Shown piece by piece: positions 8,876 through 17,958 of a DNA stretch of 64,000 bases (the first letter of the stretch is position 1; each line of letters starts with the position of its first letter). The DNA is from an uncultured Pyrinomonadaceae bacterium. Its GTDB lineage: Bacteria > Acidobacteriota > Blastocatellia > Pyrinomonadales > Pyrinomonadaceae. The stretch covers positions 97,338 through 161,337 of the forward strand of contig CAXTPS010000006.1 of assembly GCA_964246305.1 (NCBI GenBank), read 5' to 3'. Position numbers and translations under genes: made by a program. Under the pieces are notes generated by a model. It saw nothing but the letters and a program-made list of their open reading frames with translations, had not been told where the DNA came from and did no database searches.

Positions 8876-10717
8876 ATGTCAACTACGGCCAAACAATTTC
8901 ATGAAGAAGAAGCCATCGGCAAGACGTATGACTTTCGCATCGCGCGCCGCTTGCTCCGTTATCTAAAGCCTTACAAATACGCTCTCATTCCCGCGCTCTT
9001 CCTGACGCTGGTGCAGGTCGTGCTCGGCATCTTGCAGCCGAAGTTCACGGAGTACGCGATTGACTGGTACATCATCCCGCGCAAGCTGGACGGATTGAAT
9101 CTCTTCGTGCTCGTCTATCTCGGCGTCTGGTTTTTGAGATTCGCTTTCTCTTACATACAGGAGATTCTGCTCAACACCGTCGGCCAGCGCGTGATGTACG
9201 ACTTGCGCAGCGAGCTTTACGACAAGCTGCAACATCAGGAGGTCGCGTACTACGACCGCAACCCGGTCGGGCGCATTATGACGCGCCTGACTTCGGATGT
9301 GGACGCGCTGAACGAGTTGTTCACGTCGGGCGTGATTGATGTGCTCGGCGATGTCGTGATGATCTTCGCCATCATCGTCGTGATGCTTTTGATGAGCTGG
9401 CAGCTCACACTGGTGACGCTCATCACAGTGCCGCTCCTGTTTGCCGCGACGACGTGGTTTCGCAAGCACGCGAGGCGCGGTTATGACCGCGTGCGAACGC
9501 GCATCGCGCGCCTCAACGCGTTCCTGCAGGAACATATCTCAGGCGCGCAGACCGTACAGATTTTCAATGCCGAGGAGAAATCGCGCAGGCAGTTTCATGA
9601 AATCAACGACGACCATCGCAACGCCAATATCGAAACTATCTTTTATTACTCCGTCTTTTTCCCGCTCGTTGATTTAATCGGCGCGGTCGGCATCTCGCTC
9701 ATTATCTGGTACGGCGGCTGGCGCGTGATGCACAACACGGCTGCGAGCATGGTGCTGACGCTCGGCGCGCTCGTCGCTTTCATACAATATTCACAACTTC
9801 TCTTTCAGCCGATACGCGACATCTCGGACAAGTACAATGTGCTGCAAGCGGCGGTCGTGGCCTCTTATCGCATCTTCAAAACTTTAGACATGCCCGTCGC
9901 CATCACGACGCCGGAGAATCCGAAGAAGCGCGGGCGCGCGTCCGGACTCATAGAGTTTGAGAACGTCTGGTTCGCTTACAAGGATGAAGACTGGGTGCTC
10001 AAGGACGTGTCGTTCAGGGTCGAGCCGGGGCAGTCCGTCGCGCTCGTCGGCCACACGGGTTCGGGCAAGACTACGATCACGAATCTCTTGATGCGTTTTT
10101 ATGATGTGCAGCAGGGGCGCGTACTGCTTGACGGAGTGGACGTGCGCGATTGGGACTTGCAAACACTGCGCGAAAACTTCGCGGTCGTTCTTCAAGACGT
10201 GTTTCTCTTCAGCGGCACGGTTGAGAGCAACATACGCCTCGGTCGTGAGAGTATCACGCCGGAGCGCGTCGAGTGGGCTGCGGGCGAAGTTCGGGCAGAC
10301 CGCTTTATCAAACGATTGCAAGACGGCTACGCGTCGGAAGTTAAAGAGCGCGGCGCGGGATTGTCGGTCGGACAGAAACAGCTCATCTCGTTTGCACGCG
10401 CGCTCGCCTTCGACCCAGCCCTGCTCGTCCTTGATGAAGCGACCAGCTCGATTGATACAGAGACCGAACAGCTCATTCAACAGGCCATCGAACGCGTGAT
10501 GATGGGACGCACCTCAATCGTCGTCGCACATCGCCTCTCCACGATTCAACGCGCAGACCGCATCATCGTCCTTCACCACGGCAAGATACGCGAACAGGGC
10601 ACGCATCAGGAGCTGCTCATGCTGCGCGGCCTCTACTGGAAACTCTACCGCCTGCAATACTCTGACGACTCAAGCGACATACACATGACGGACGAGCCGG
10701 TCAGCGAGCGGTTGTAA
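8876..10717 (+). CDS. ABC exporter, fused permease/ATPase subunit (heterodimer partner 2)
   Basis: Walker [10 protein letters not shown], signature LSVGQKQL, Walker [10 protein letters not shown] and H-loop VAHRLST. Confidence 0.9.
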   Translation: MSTTAKQFHEEEAIGKTYDFRIARRLLRYLKPYKYALIPALFLTLVQVVLGILQPKFTEYAIDWYIIPRKLDGLNLFVLVYLGVWFLRFAFSYIQEILLNTVGQRVMYDLRSELYDKLQHQEVAYYDRNPVGRIMTRLTSDVDALNELFTSGVIDVLGDVVMIFAIIVVMLLMSWQLTLVTLITVPLLFAATTWFRKHARRGYDRVRTRIARLNAFLQEHISGAQTVQIFNAEEKSRRQFHEINDDHRNANIETIFYYSVFFPLVDLIGAVGISLIIWYGGWRVMHNTAASMVLTLGALVAFIQYSQLLFQPIRDISDKYNVLQAAVVASYRIFKTLDMPVAITTPENPKKRGRASGLIEFENVWFAYKDEDWVLKDVSFRVEPGQSVALVGHTGSGKTTITNLLMRFYDVQQGRVLLDGVDVRDWDLQTLRENFAVVLQDVFLFSGTVESNIRLGRESITPERVEWAAGEVRADRFIKRLQDGYASEVKERGAGLSVGQKQLISFARALAFDPALLVLDEATSSIDTETEQLIQQAIERVMMGRTSIVVAHRLSTIQRADRIIVLHHGKIREQGTHQELLMLRGLYWKLYRLQYSDDSSDIHMTDEPVSERL

Positions 10718-10728
10718 GACTAAAGAAT

Positions 10729-10833
10729 TGGACTTTGGTCTTGGTGCTTTGGTCTTTGCACGTGACTCAAGCTTGTGTTTCAAAATTCAAGCTGAGCAAC
10801 ACATCAAAACCCAAAGTCCAAAGACCAAAGCCC
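10729..10833 (+). repeat. family-A intergenic hairpin element, copy A2
   Basis: tggactttggtcttggtgctttggtctttgcacgtgactcaagcttg...caacacatcaaaacccaaagtccaaagaccaaagccc lies between convergent genes. Confidence 0.85.
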
Positions 10834-10845
10834 ATCCGTCTTGTC

Positions 10846-12096
10846 TTACTTCGTTGCTGGCAGGTCGAACTTTTTCTCGTCAACGGGTGCGTTGATTTTT
10901 ATCTCTGTGAACTTGCGCGTCCAGCCGACCCACGGGTCAACGTAGGATTGGCGCACGGTGAAGGGCATCTTGACGCCGTCAACGTCCCGGTAATCTTCGT
11001 AGTCCGTCTGTTCGGGAATCCATCCGATCATAGAATCTTCGAGCGTGATCGAGCGCAGCAGGAGGCCGGTTTGCGTGTCGAAGTAATACCGCTCGATGTG
11101 CGTGGGCGCAATCCTCGCCATGAGCACGTAGGCTTCGCGGTCGCCGATCTTATCTTTGCCCGTGACGCGCATCTCTTTCGACAGCTCTTTGAGCTTGAGC
11201 ATCCAGAAAAAGTCCGCGGTGTGTTTCATCTGCTCAAGGTCTGCGCCGGTCAGCTCGCGCTGCCCGCGCGGTGACTTCATCCACGCGGTCGTGCCGTTGT
11301 AGCCGCGCGAGATGACGGCCTGCGGCGTCGTCATCATAATCGCAAACTTGTTCGGAGCTTCCTGAGAAATCTCAAAAGGCATGCTTGAGCCATTTGAAGA
11401 AGCGATTTGCGATCCCTTCATCACGCGCGTTTTCGCTTTCTCAATCGCCGCGCGGCCTCCGAGAGCCTGCCAGTATTTATCTATCAACTGCTCCGAGGTC
11501 AGCGAAGTTGCGGCAGGCTTTTCATTCTTTTCACCGCCCGGCCCGCCTTCGGGCGCGGCTTGCGGGAGCGGCGGAGCGTTGACGGTATGCTCCGCGCCCC
11601 TGTGGCACGTGTAGCAAGAGACCCTGTGCGCGCCGCCGAAATTATTTTTGTTGATGTCAAAGACCATCTGAATCATACGCCGCGCGGCCTGCTTCTCAGG
11701 CTTGTCGTCCTTCTCCCATTCCCACTTGTCGCCGCCGCTGTTGACGTGGCAAAAAGCGCAACTGACGCCGAGCGAAGCGCGCATAAAATTCATCACCGTA
11801 AAAAGCTGTGACTCCGGCAAGCCTTTGAGCACCTGTATATTTTTGCGCGTCTGCTCAACCGGCTTGTCTTCCTGCCCGGCGGCCTGCGCTATAAGCAGTT
11901 GTGACGGGACGGCATCAAATTCGGAGAAGTCCAACGGAGCATTCGAGACATCGTGCGCCCGTGTCAATTCAGGCTCTCTTTCTTTAATAGTATTGCCCGC
12001 GCTCGCCCTGTTAATCGCCCAGCTTGTGATTAAAAAGCCGAAAGCAAGCGCAACCACAGCCCACCGGATAAAGTCTTTGACAGCTCTCTTGCTCAT
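10846..12096 (-). CDS. membrane-anchored c-type cytochrome (photosynthetic-reaction-centre cytochrome-c-subunit-like domain, two CxxCH) fused to a LolA-like beta domain
   Basis: It has an N-terminal TM helix. FMRASLGVSCAFCHV and AHRVSCYTCHRG are the two heme-binding motifs in the PF02276-like context. The C-terminal ~220 aa are beta-rich and LolA/DUF-like. Confidence 0.7.
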   Translation of the reverse strand: MSKRAVKDFIRWAVVALAFGFLITSWAINRASAGNTIKEREPELTRAHDVSNAPLDFSEFDAVPSQLLIAQAAGQEDKPVEQTRKNIQVLKGLPESQLFTVMNFMRASLGVSCAFCHVNSGGDKWEWEKDDKPEKQAARRMIQMVFDINKNNFGGAHRVSCYTCHRGAEHTVNAPPLPQAAPEGGPGGEKNEKPAATSLTSEQLIDKYWQALGGRAAIEKAKTRVMKGSQIASSNGSSMPFEISQEAPNKFAIMMTTPQAVISRGYNGTTAWMKSPRGQRELTGADLEQMKHTADFFWMLKLKELSKEMRVTGKDKIGDREAYVLMARIAPTHIERYYFDTQTGLLLRSITLEDSMIGWIPEQTDYEDYRDVDGVKMPFTVRQSYVDPWVGWTRKFTEIKINAPVDEKKFDLPATK

Positions 12097-12154
12097 AACA
12101 GACAGTCTCCTCTTCTATTTTTCAAGCTGAATAAAATGGGACGAGATTTATGAC

Positions 12155-12261
12155 TGGACTTTGTGCTTTGGACTTTGTGCTTTGCACGCGATTCAAACTT
12201 GAATACGTAAGGTTCGAGTCGGGCAACACAATCAAAGACCAAAGCACAAAGTCCAAAGTCC
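12155..12261 (+). repeat. family-A intergenic hairpin element, copy A3
   Basis: tggactttgtgctttggactttgtgctttgcacgcgattcaaacttgaat...caacacaatcaaagaccaaagcacaaagtccaaagtcc. Confidence 0.85.
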
Positions 12262-12282
12262 TACCTTTTGCATTTTACATTT

Positions 12283-13605
12283 TTAATTTTGCGTCCCACG
12301 CATCTTCATCGGCACGAGGCTTTCCAGCGAGCGATAGATTTGCAGGTACAATTGCGTCTCTTTTGGAATCAGAGTGCGCCATGCCGTGCCGCCGCGATTG
12401 AGATAGGAGGGGAGACGCGCAGGGTTGGAATTGTAACCGGCCGCCAACAGCTCGGCTTGTGTCGCAGTCTTCGAGCTGAGCGCGTAGATAACATCTTCGT
12501 TGCCCGCCAGATCGTTCCAGGTGTCCTGCATGTAAAGCAGCATCGCTTCGAGTGCGTTGCCGTGATTACGCATGCCCGCGACGAAATCAGGATTGAGTCC
12601 GACGCCGGGATGCTGGGTTCTGATCATCCGGTACGTGGCGGGAATCATCTGCACCATGCCGCCCGCTCCGGCTGAGCTGACCGAGTAGTGATAAGTGTCG
12701 AGTTCGTTCAAAGAATAGAGCGCGAAAATCTCTTCGTACAGCGCGATGCGATTCTCGCGGCGATAGCGGTCCTGATCCGTATGCTCGACGACGCACAGGC
12801 GTTCCGCGACATTCAGAATCTCCGGCTCGATCTTGACGCCGCTGAGCAGTAAACGCTTCGCCGCCAGATCAATCATCGTCCGCACGTAAGCTTGGCCGGC
12901 CTTGACCACATCGGGCGAGAGCAGCGACGGGTGCGCGGAAGTGTAATAAGCCATCTCAAGGAATCTTCCGTTGCGCTCAATCGGATATTGCACAACGAGC
13001 GGAGCAAGGCTGCGTCCCGCGCTATCGAAAATAGTGACGGCGGTGTTCACGCCGTTGGCTCGTATGACGCGGAGGCTGACAAGGCTTCCTTCCGAAGTGG
13101 TGATGTTCGCTTCCGCTCCCTTCTGTAGAAAGAGGACTTTCGGCAGCGTAATGAAGTGAATCTTTGACGCGCTCGTATCGAGAGCCGCGATGGTGACGAA
13201 ATCTATTGAGGGCGAAGACGGCGAAGCAGGTAACGCAGTCGGTGCGGACGATGGCAAAGGAGCCATGAGCACGGTCGGCACGGGTCGCGTCTTCAACAAT
13301 CGCTCGGCCTCTGTGATGCGCGAGCGGATTTTCTCAATCCCAAGCGAGCGCGCGGTCTGTGCGATGGCGGCATTATTTGCCGGTGTCAGCGGAGACGGGT
13401 CGGGCTTTGGCAAGACGCTGGACGGCGGAACCGTCGCGGGCGGCTGAACGACGGGCGCGGGTTTCATCGCGCCCGTTTGCGGAGCGATAGTCACAGTGCG
13501 AGGCCGCGTCTGCGTCGAAGAGCCGGGCGTATTGGTGGACTGAGCCTGCGCGGACAGAGCCGCCAACGAAATTAGCAGAAGCGAAGGCATCGGGCGTCTT
13601 TTCAT
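12283..13605 (-). CDS. secreted lytic transglycosylase-domain protein with Pro-rich linker
   Basis: The signal peptide MKRRPMPSLLLISLAALSAQAQ starts at the ATG at 13605. The C-terminal region SAGAGGMVQMIPATYRMI...GNALEAMLLYMQD is SLT-like. Confidence 0.7.
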   Translation of the reverse strand: MKRRPMPSLLLISLAALSAQAQSTNTPGSSTQTRPRTVTIAPQTGAMKPAPVVQPPATVPPSSVLPKPDPSPLTPANNAAIAQTARSLGIEKIRSRITEAERLLKTRPVPTVLMAPLPSSAPTALPASPSSPSIDFVTIAALDTSASKIHFITLPKVLFLQKGAEANITTSEGSLVSLRVIRANGVNTAVTIFDSAGRSLAPLVVQYPIERNGRFLEMAYYTSAHPSLLSPDVVKAGQAYVRTMIDLAAKRLLLSGVKIEPEILNVAERLCVVEHTDQDRYRRENRIALYEEIFALYSLNELDTYHYSVSSAGAGGMVQMIPATYRMIRTQHPGVGLNPDFVAGMRNHGNALEAMLLYMQDTWNDLAGNEDVIYALSSKTATQAELLAAGYNSNPARLPSYLNRGGTAWRTLIPKETQLYLQIYRSLESLVPMKMRGTQN

Positions 13606-13795
13606 ACTTTTTGAACCTCTTATGGAGCAGGAAAGCTCGCCATCAGCGGCAGCAAGTTTCCCTAAGATTCGCGCACGAGGCTTTCGGTTGTCAACACTCT
13701 TCGCGACCATAACTCAATCTTATTCCGGCTCAAAATAAAAAGCGCGCTGTGTGCCGCACAGCGCGCCTTTCAAAATAGCGGTTATTATTCGTGCT

Positions 13796-14533
13796 TTAGT
13801 CCACGGCGAAGCTGACGTTGACGACTGCGGTGATGTCTTTCTCAAGAGCCGAAGTGTCGTTCATGCCGGAATCCGAGACTTCGCTGGAGTCTGCCGCGGT
13901 GATCTGCATGACACCCATCTTGGCCGAGCGGACGTTGCCGATCTTGCTGCCCGTGCTTGAGGCGATCTGCTTCGCGCGCACCTGTGCGTCCTTCGCGGCT
14001 TCGCCCAGCATCTCTATCTTCAGGTCGCCGATTTTAGTGTACTGGTATTCCGGCGCCATTGATTCCAGGAGGATGCCCTGATTGATAAGCTCGGTCGCTT
14101 CGCGCGCGATCTTGGCAATCTTGTCAACATCCTTCGAGCGTACTTCCAACTCCTGTCTCAGGGAATAGCCCGTAATCTGCCCCGTGTCGTTCCCCTCGCT
14201 ATCTTTGCCCGTCAACGTGCTCGACGCTATCGAAGAGATCGTAATCTCGTTTTCGGGAATGCCCTTCGAGATCAGGTACTGCTTGACGCGCGGGATGTTA
14301 TCCGAAAGCGATTTGTACGCCTCTGAAAGCTGCGGAGCCTGATACGAAACGGCTGCTTTCCAGATCACCAGATCGGACTTGATGCGCTTGCGCGCCGAGC
14401 CCGTCACCGTCACCGTCTGTTCAGTGTTCTTGGAGCGGGTATAAGCCCATGCCCCGACAATTGACGAGAGCACCAGCGCAACCGCTAGCGCAAACCCGGC
14501 ATTAAAAATATTTCCATTTCTTTCGCTGCTCAT
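13796..14533 (-). CDS. SIMPL-domain (DUF541) protein with N-terminal membrane anchor
   Basis: VTVTGSARKRIKSDLVIWKAAVS...ITGYSLRQELEVRSKDVDKI...AKDAQVRAKQIA is typical of SIMPL/DUF541. The start is moved to the ATG at 14533 because the track ORF extension (ANCQLFLTANCQLL) is encoded by the TTGGCAG repeat. Confidence 0.8.
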   Translation of the reverse strand: MSSERNGNIFNAGFALAVALVLSSIVGAWAYTRSKNTEQTVTVTGSARKRIKSDLVIWKAAVSYQAPQLSEAYKSLSDNIPRVKQYLISKGIPENEITISSIASSTLTGKDSEGNDTGQITGYSLRQELEVRSKDVDKIAKIAREATELINQGILLESMAPEYQYTKIGDLKIEMLGEAAKDAQVRAKQIASSTGSKIGNVRSAKMGVMQITAADSSEVSDSGMNDTSALEKDITAVVNVSFAVD

Positions 14534-14636
14534 TTTCTTATTAGCGCCTCCTCGCGCCGCACATATGACGCCCGAGCGCAAAGAGTTTGCAGATTTTTGA
14601 GTGTGGCTAACCACAGTGCGCCTGCGGGCGGGAACA

Positions 14637-14786
14637 GTTAGCAGTTGGCAGTTGGCAGTGAGGAAGAGTTGGCAGTTGGCAGATAAAAACAGAAAGCGGT
14701 TAGCAGTAACTCGAATTACTGCCAACCACTTTATCTTTTGTTCTTTACTTCTGCTGTGTCTTGACTGCTAACTGCCAACTGCCAAC
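14637..14786. repeat. intergenic composite hairpin built from TTGGCAG / CTGCCAA words
   Basis: The left arm is gttagcagttggcagttggcag...gttggcagttggcag. The inner hairpin is ggttagcagtaactcgaattactgccaacc. The right arm is ctgctaactgccaactgccaac. Confidence 0.85.
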
Positions 14787-14792
14787 TATCTC

Positions 14793-16220
14793 TTATATTT
14801 CGCGCAGGCTTCCGGCGAGTGCGCCGACGGCTGAGGCCGCGAGGTCTGTGAGCGCTGCGTTTTTATGTGCGAGGCGAAAGCGCGTGGCGACCAGATAGCC
14901 GATGCTCAGGCCGAGGCTGCCGTCGAGTTCGCATAGTGCGTCCGCCAGCGCGCGGTGCGAAGCCCTTTCAAAAGCGTGTTGCAGCTCCGCCGCTGCCGTC
15001 TCCATGCCTTCGATTAAGACGATCTCTATCTCGCTGCCGACGCGCGCCCGGCGGCGTGCGTGTTCGCGCAGGCGCACGCGCGCTTCCTCCTGAATCTTTC
15101 CGGTCGTGATGACGGCCAGATGCCTCCCCTCCGTCTCGATCAACTCATCGAGCGCGCGGGGAGTCTGCGCCGCAGTCAGGTCGCCGTCGCGCAGGATAAA
15201 GAGAAACGGCTCGCCACAGACGTTTGCCATCAGGTGAACCTCGCCGTCTGTAAAAGCGTTGCCGCCAGCGAGCTGTGAATCAGGCACGCCGAGGCCATTG
15301 AGCGTCGTGCGCAACTGCGCCGAGAGCCACGAGCCATCCGACAACAGAGACGCGGAACGCGCGGTCGGAGCGATGGTCTCTTCGATCTTCTCATCTGCGA
15401 TTGAGACTCCGCATTCGCTGCACACGGCATTGCTCGAAGTGATGACCGCGAGCATGTCCGGCGACGGCAGGCGAAAGAGTGAGCGTCCCACCTGACGACA
15501 ACTGACGGACACATCGCGCTGCAAGAGTCCGGCATCGGCGAGGCTGTTGATGAGAGACTGCGTCTCGCCTTCGCCTTCATGTTGAGAGAAAAGCTCTGCG
15601 ACTTTGCCGTCCGCCTGCGCTTCTATGACGCGGCGCAGGAAGCGGCGCGCGTCCGCGTTTTCGAGAATTTCGAGAGCGCGCTCAGTTCCCTGCGGCTTTG
15701 CTTCGTCGCTACTGCTCAGCTCGCGCGCGTGGCGTGAGCTGAAGCGCGTGAGTCCGGCGTGCGTCTCAGGCTCTTCGAGTTTCCAAACGGCTGATTCCTG
15801 TCCCGCAAACTCTTCTCTGCCTGCGCTCCTGCGCGCGGCTTCGAGCGCGGCGGACACGTTGCGGCAGAAAGCATCTAGCTGGCTCGCAGGCTCGACCGTC
15901 TCCGCGTCGTAAACGATTCCGGCGCGCATCCCGGCGCGGTCGTCCTCTTTGTTTCCGAAAATGAGAAAGAGCACGTAATCCTCAAAGCAGAAGAGGTCGC
16001 CGCGCACATAGAGCGCAGCATCTTCGGCCTCTGTGCGTGAGGCGATGGCGCGTTCCATTTCAGACACGCGCTCACGGCTGCCGAGCGAGAGTTCGTAAGC
16101 CGCGAGCCGCGCCGAGCGTATGAGCGGATTCAAACCCGTCTCTTGCAGTTGTTCGAGCAGCAACAGGCGCGTCGCGCCGTCAACCGATTGCGCAGACATC
16201 TTGCTTTCGATGAGCAACAT
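14793..16220 (-). CDS. hypothetical protein (475 aa), no confidently recognisable domain
   Basis: It is a long ORF with GC3-rich codon usage. Speculatively, it has a wHTH-like stretch (LINSLADAGLLQRDVSVSCRQ) and a C-terminal alpha/beta region. Confidence 0.6.
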   Translation of the reverse strand: MLLIESKMSAQSVDGATRLLLLEQLQETGLNPLIRSARLAAYELSLGSRERVSEMERAIASRTEAEDAALYVRGDLFCFEDYVLFLIFGNKEDDRAGMRAGIVYDAETVEPASQLDAFCRNVSAALEAARRSAGREEFAGQESAVWKLEEPETHAGLTRFSSRHARELSSSDEAKPQGTERALEILENADARRFLRRVIEAQADGKVAELFSQHEGEGETQSLINSLADAGLLQRDVSVSCRQVGRSLFRLPSPDMLAVITSSNAVCSECGVSIADEKIEETIAPTARSASLLSDGSWLSAQLRTTLNGLGVPDSQLAGGNAFTDGEVHLMANVCGEPFLFILRDGDLTAAQTPRALDELIETEGRHLAVITTGKIQEEARVRLREHARRRARVGSEIEIVLIEGMETAAAELQHAFERASHRALADALCELDGSLGLSIGYLVATRFRLAHKNAALTDLAASAVGALAGSLREI

Positions 16221-16753
16221 CTTCCCTCTCTTCTCCCTTGTCGCAGTATGAATTTCCTCAAGGCTAGCTTGAGATATTTTTTTATTGAGCTATCAAGAGC
16301 GCGAGCCTCGCAGCCACTCTGAAATATTCTGTGTGGAAAGCGATGCCGGGTTCTCAAAGGAATTGAGCTACGGATAACGCTTCAAATGGGCGGCGCTATT
16401 GTTATCCCTTTACATGTGCGCCGTCAACTATTCGTTTTTGCATGGGGCTAGATGACTCACGTGTGTTCACCTTTAGGTCGCATGCACGCCGGAATCGCCG
16501 CTCTCGCGCATACATTTGTCGAAATCGTCTCAGAGTCAGACACACACGGTCATATTGCTGGTTGAAAGAGTGGGTGAGGTTAGTTAGACTGCTTTTTGAT
16601 GACTTGCATCCTTCTGGCAAGTCTTAAAGCAATAAACAGACAATTTAATTTAGCATTGTCCCTGATGCCTTTTGGTGACTCTGCTTTTTCGCAAAGCTTG
16701 ACGCGAATCCCCTGTCTAATATTTTTGCGTTGAGGCTTGCCGGGAAAGATTTA

Positions 16754-17785
16754 ATGATTAAAAAAGTGATCCCCTGTTCGTCTGCCCCCGACGTTACTTC
16801 ATCTGAGAGCCAGAACTTCGACCGCATCGCTTCACACCAAAGCGGATTCAAGATATTTATCTACACGGCCTGCGCCGCCCTCTGTTTGGTGATGAGCGTG
16901 CCTGCGGCTTCTGCCAAGCCGAAGGACAGGCATTCAAAATCTTCACGTGCGGAGGAACGCCCGCGACGCGTAGCTGATAAAAAAGGGGCGAAGACGATTG
17001 TCAGCAAACGCGAAGCCGCGAACAAAAGAGAGAACAGGCGAGAGAGCTTTAGCAGGCGCGAAAATTTTAGCAGGCGCGAGACCTTCGCGACCAAGCGCGG
17101 ACTTTTGATGACGCGTGAGCCGCAGAATAAACGCGAGGGCGCGAACAAAGTGGCCTCGCTTCCGAACGTCAGAAAGACCTCGATCATCTCTCCTACGCAA
17201 CCGAACAATAGCGCAGCCACGCGCCCCTCTCTGGTCAACGACATCGTTATCGTCTCTCTGGCAGAAGACGCTCCGGTGACCAGCCGCCTCCCCGTCCAAC
17301 CGAAAAGTTCAGGCAGCGTAAACAACCGAATTGCAGGCAGCGCAAACTCCAACATGCCTTCGATCTGGCCTGTCGCGGGGACGTTCGCCAAGAGCGGTTT
17401 CGGCATCCGCCGCAATCCGTTCGGCGGCATGTCTACGGAATTTCATAAGGGACAGGACATCAGCGCGCCTTACGGAGCGCCCGTCATCGCGACAGCCGAC
17501 GGCGTCGTGACGATTTCAGGATGGCTGCGTGGATACGGGCAGGTCGTGTACATAGATCACGGCAACGGCCTCCAGACGCGCTACGGCCATCTCTCGCGTC
17601 TGGACGTGACGGTCGGTCAGGTTATCAAGCGCGGACAGCAACTCGGTCTCGTCGGTTCGACTGGACGCTCGACAGGCCCGCACCTGCATTATGAAGTGCG
17701 CGTTGATGGACAGGCGACCAATCCTGTTCCGTATCTCCCGGAGCTGCCTGCGCCGGTTCTAGCGAATAAAGCGGGCATACAATAG
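16754..17785 (+). CDS. M23-family metallopeptidase (LytM-type) with Arg-rich low-complexity N-terminal region
   Basis: FHKGQDISAPYGAPVIATADGVV...YIDHGNGLQTRYGHLS...GSTGRSTGPHLHYEV carries the HxxxD and HxH motifs. The N-terminal region contains the repeat RRESFSRRENFSRRETF. Confidence 0.85.
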   Translation: MIKKVIPCSSAPDVTSSESQNFDRIASHQSGFKIFIYTACAALCLVMSVPAASAKPKDRHSKSSRAEERPRRVADKKGAKTIVSKREAANKRENRRESFSRRENFSRRETFATKRGLLMTREPQNKREGANKVASLPNVRKTSIISPTQPNNSAATRPSLVNDIVIVSLAEDAPVTSRLPVQPKSSGSVNNRIAGSANSNMPSIWPVAGTFAKSGFGIRRNPFGGMSTEFHKGQDISAPYGAPVIATADGVVTISGWLRGYGQVVYIDHGNGLQTRYGHLSRLDVTVGQVIKRGQQLGLVGSTGRSTGPHLHYEVRVDGQATNPVPYLPELPAPVLANKAGIQ

Positions 17786-17826
17786 AAGCCGAAGAGACGT
17801 TTCAAACACAATCTCGCTCAAACAAA

Positions 17827-17873
17827 ATAAGCCTGCGCTACTTATGTAAGTAACGCAGGCTTATCTGCTTTTT
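17827..17873 (+). terminator. rho-independent-type terminator after the M23 peptidase gene
   Basis: The hairpin ataagcctgcgctacttatgtaagtaacgcaggcttat is followed by ctgcttttt. Confidence 0.65.
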
Positions 17874-17958
17874 AGTAATCGTCCGGCTTGATTGCGGATT
17901 GATGAAAAGCGCGCTGTCTTTATTTCTCAATCTGCATTACCAAATCGGCAATCATCGT

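Noticed and set aside
13796-14725. N-terminal extensions given in the ORF track for several genes: 13796..14725, 2138..2890, 12283..13710, 23261..23908, 22569..23222, 61469..61984, 6605..8380, 16730..17785, 41905..42192.
   Set aside because: The extensions are encoded by word repeats, or begin at TTG/GTG codons upstream of an ATG that has a better ribosome-binding site, a signal peptide or the canonical family N-terminus. I used the shorter coordinates.
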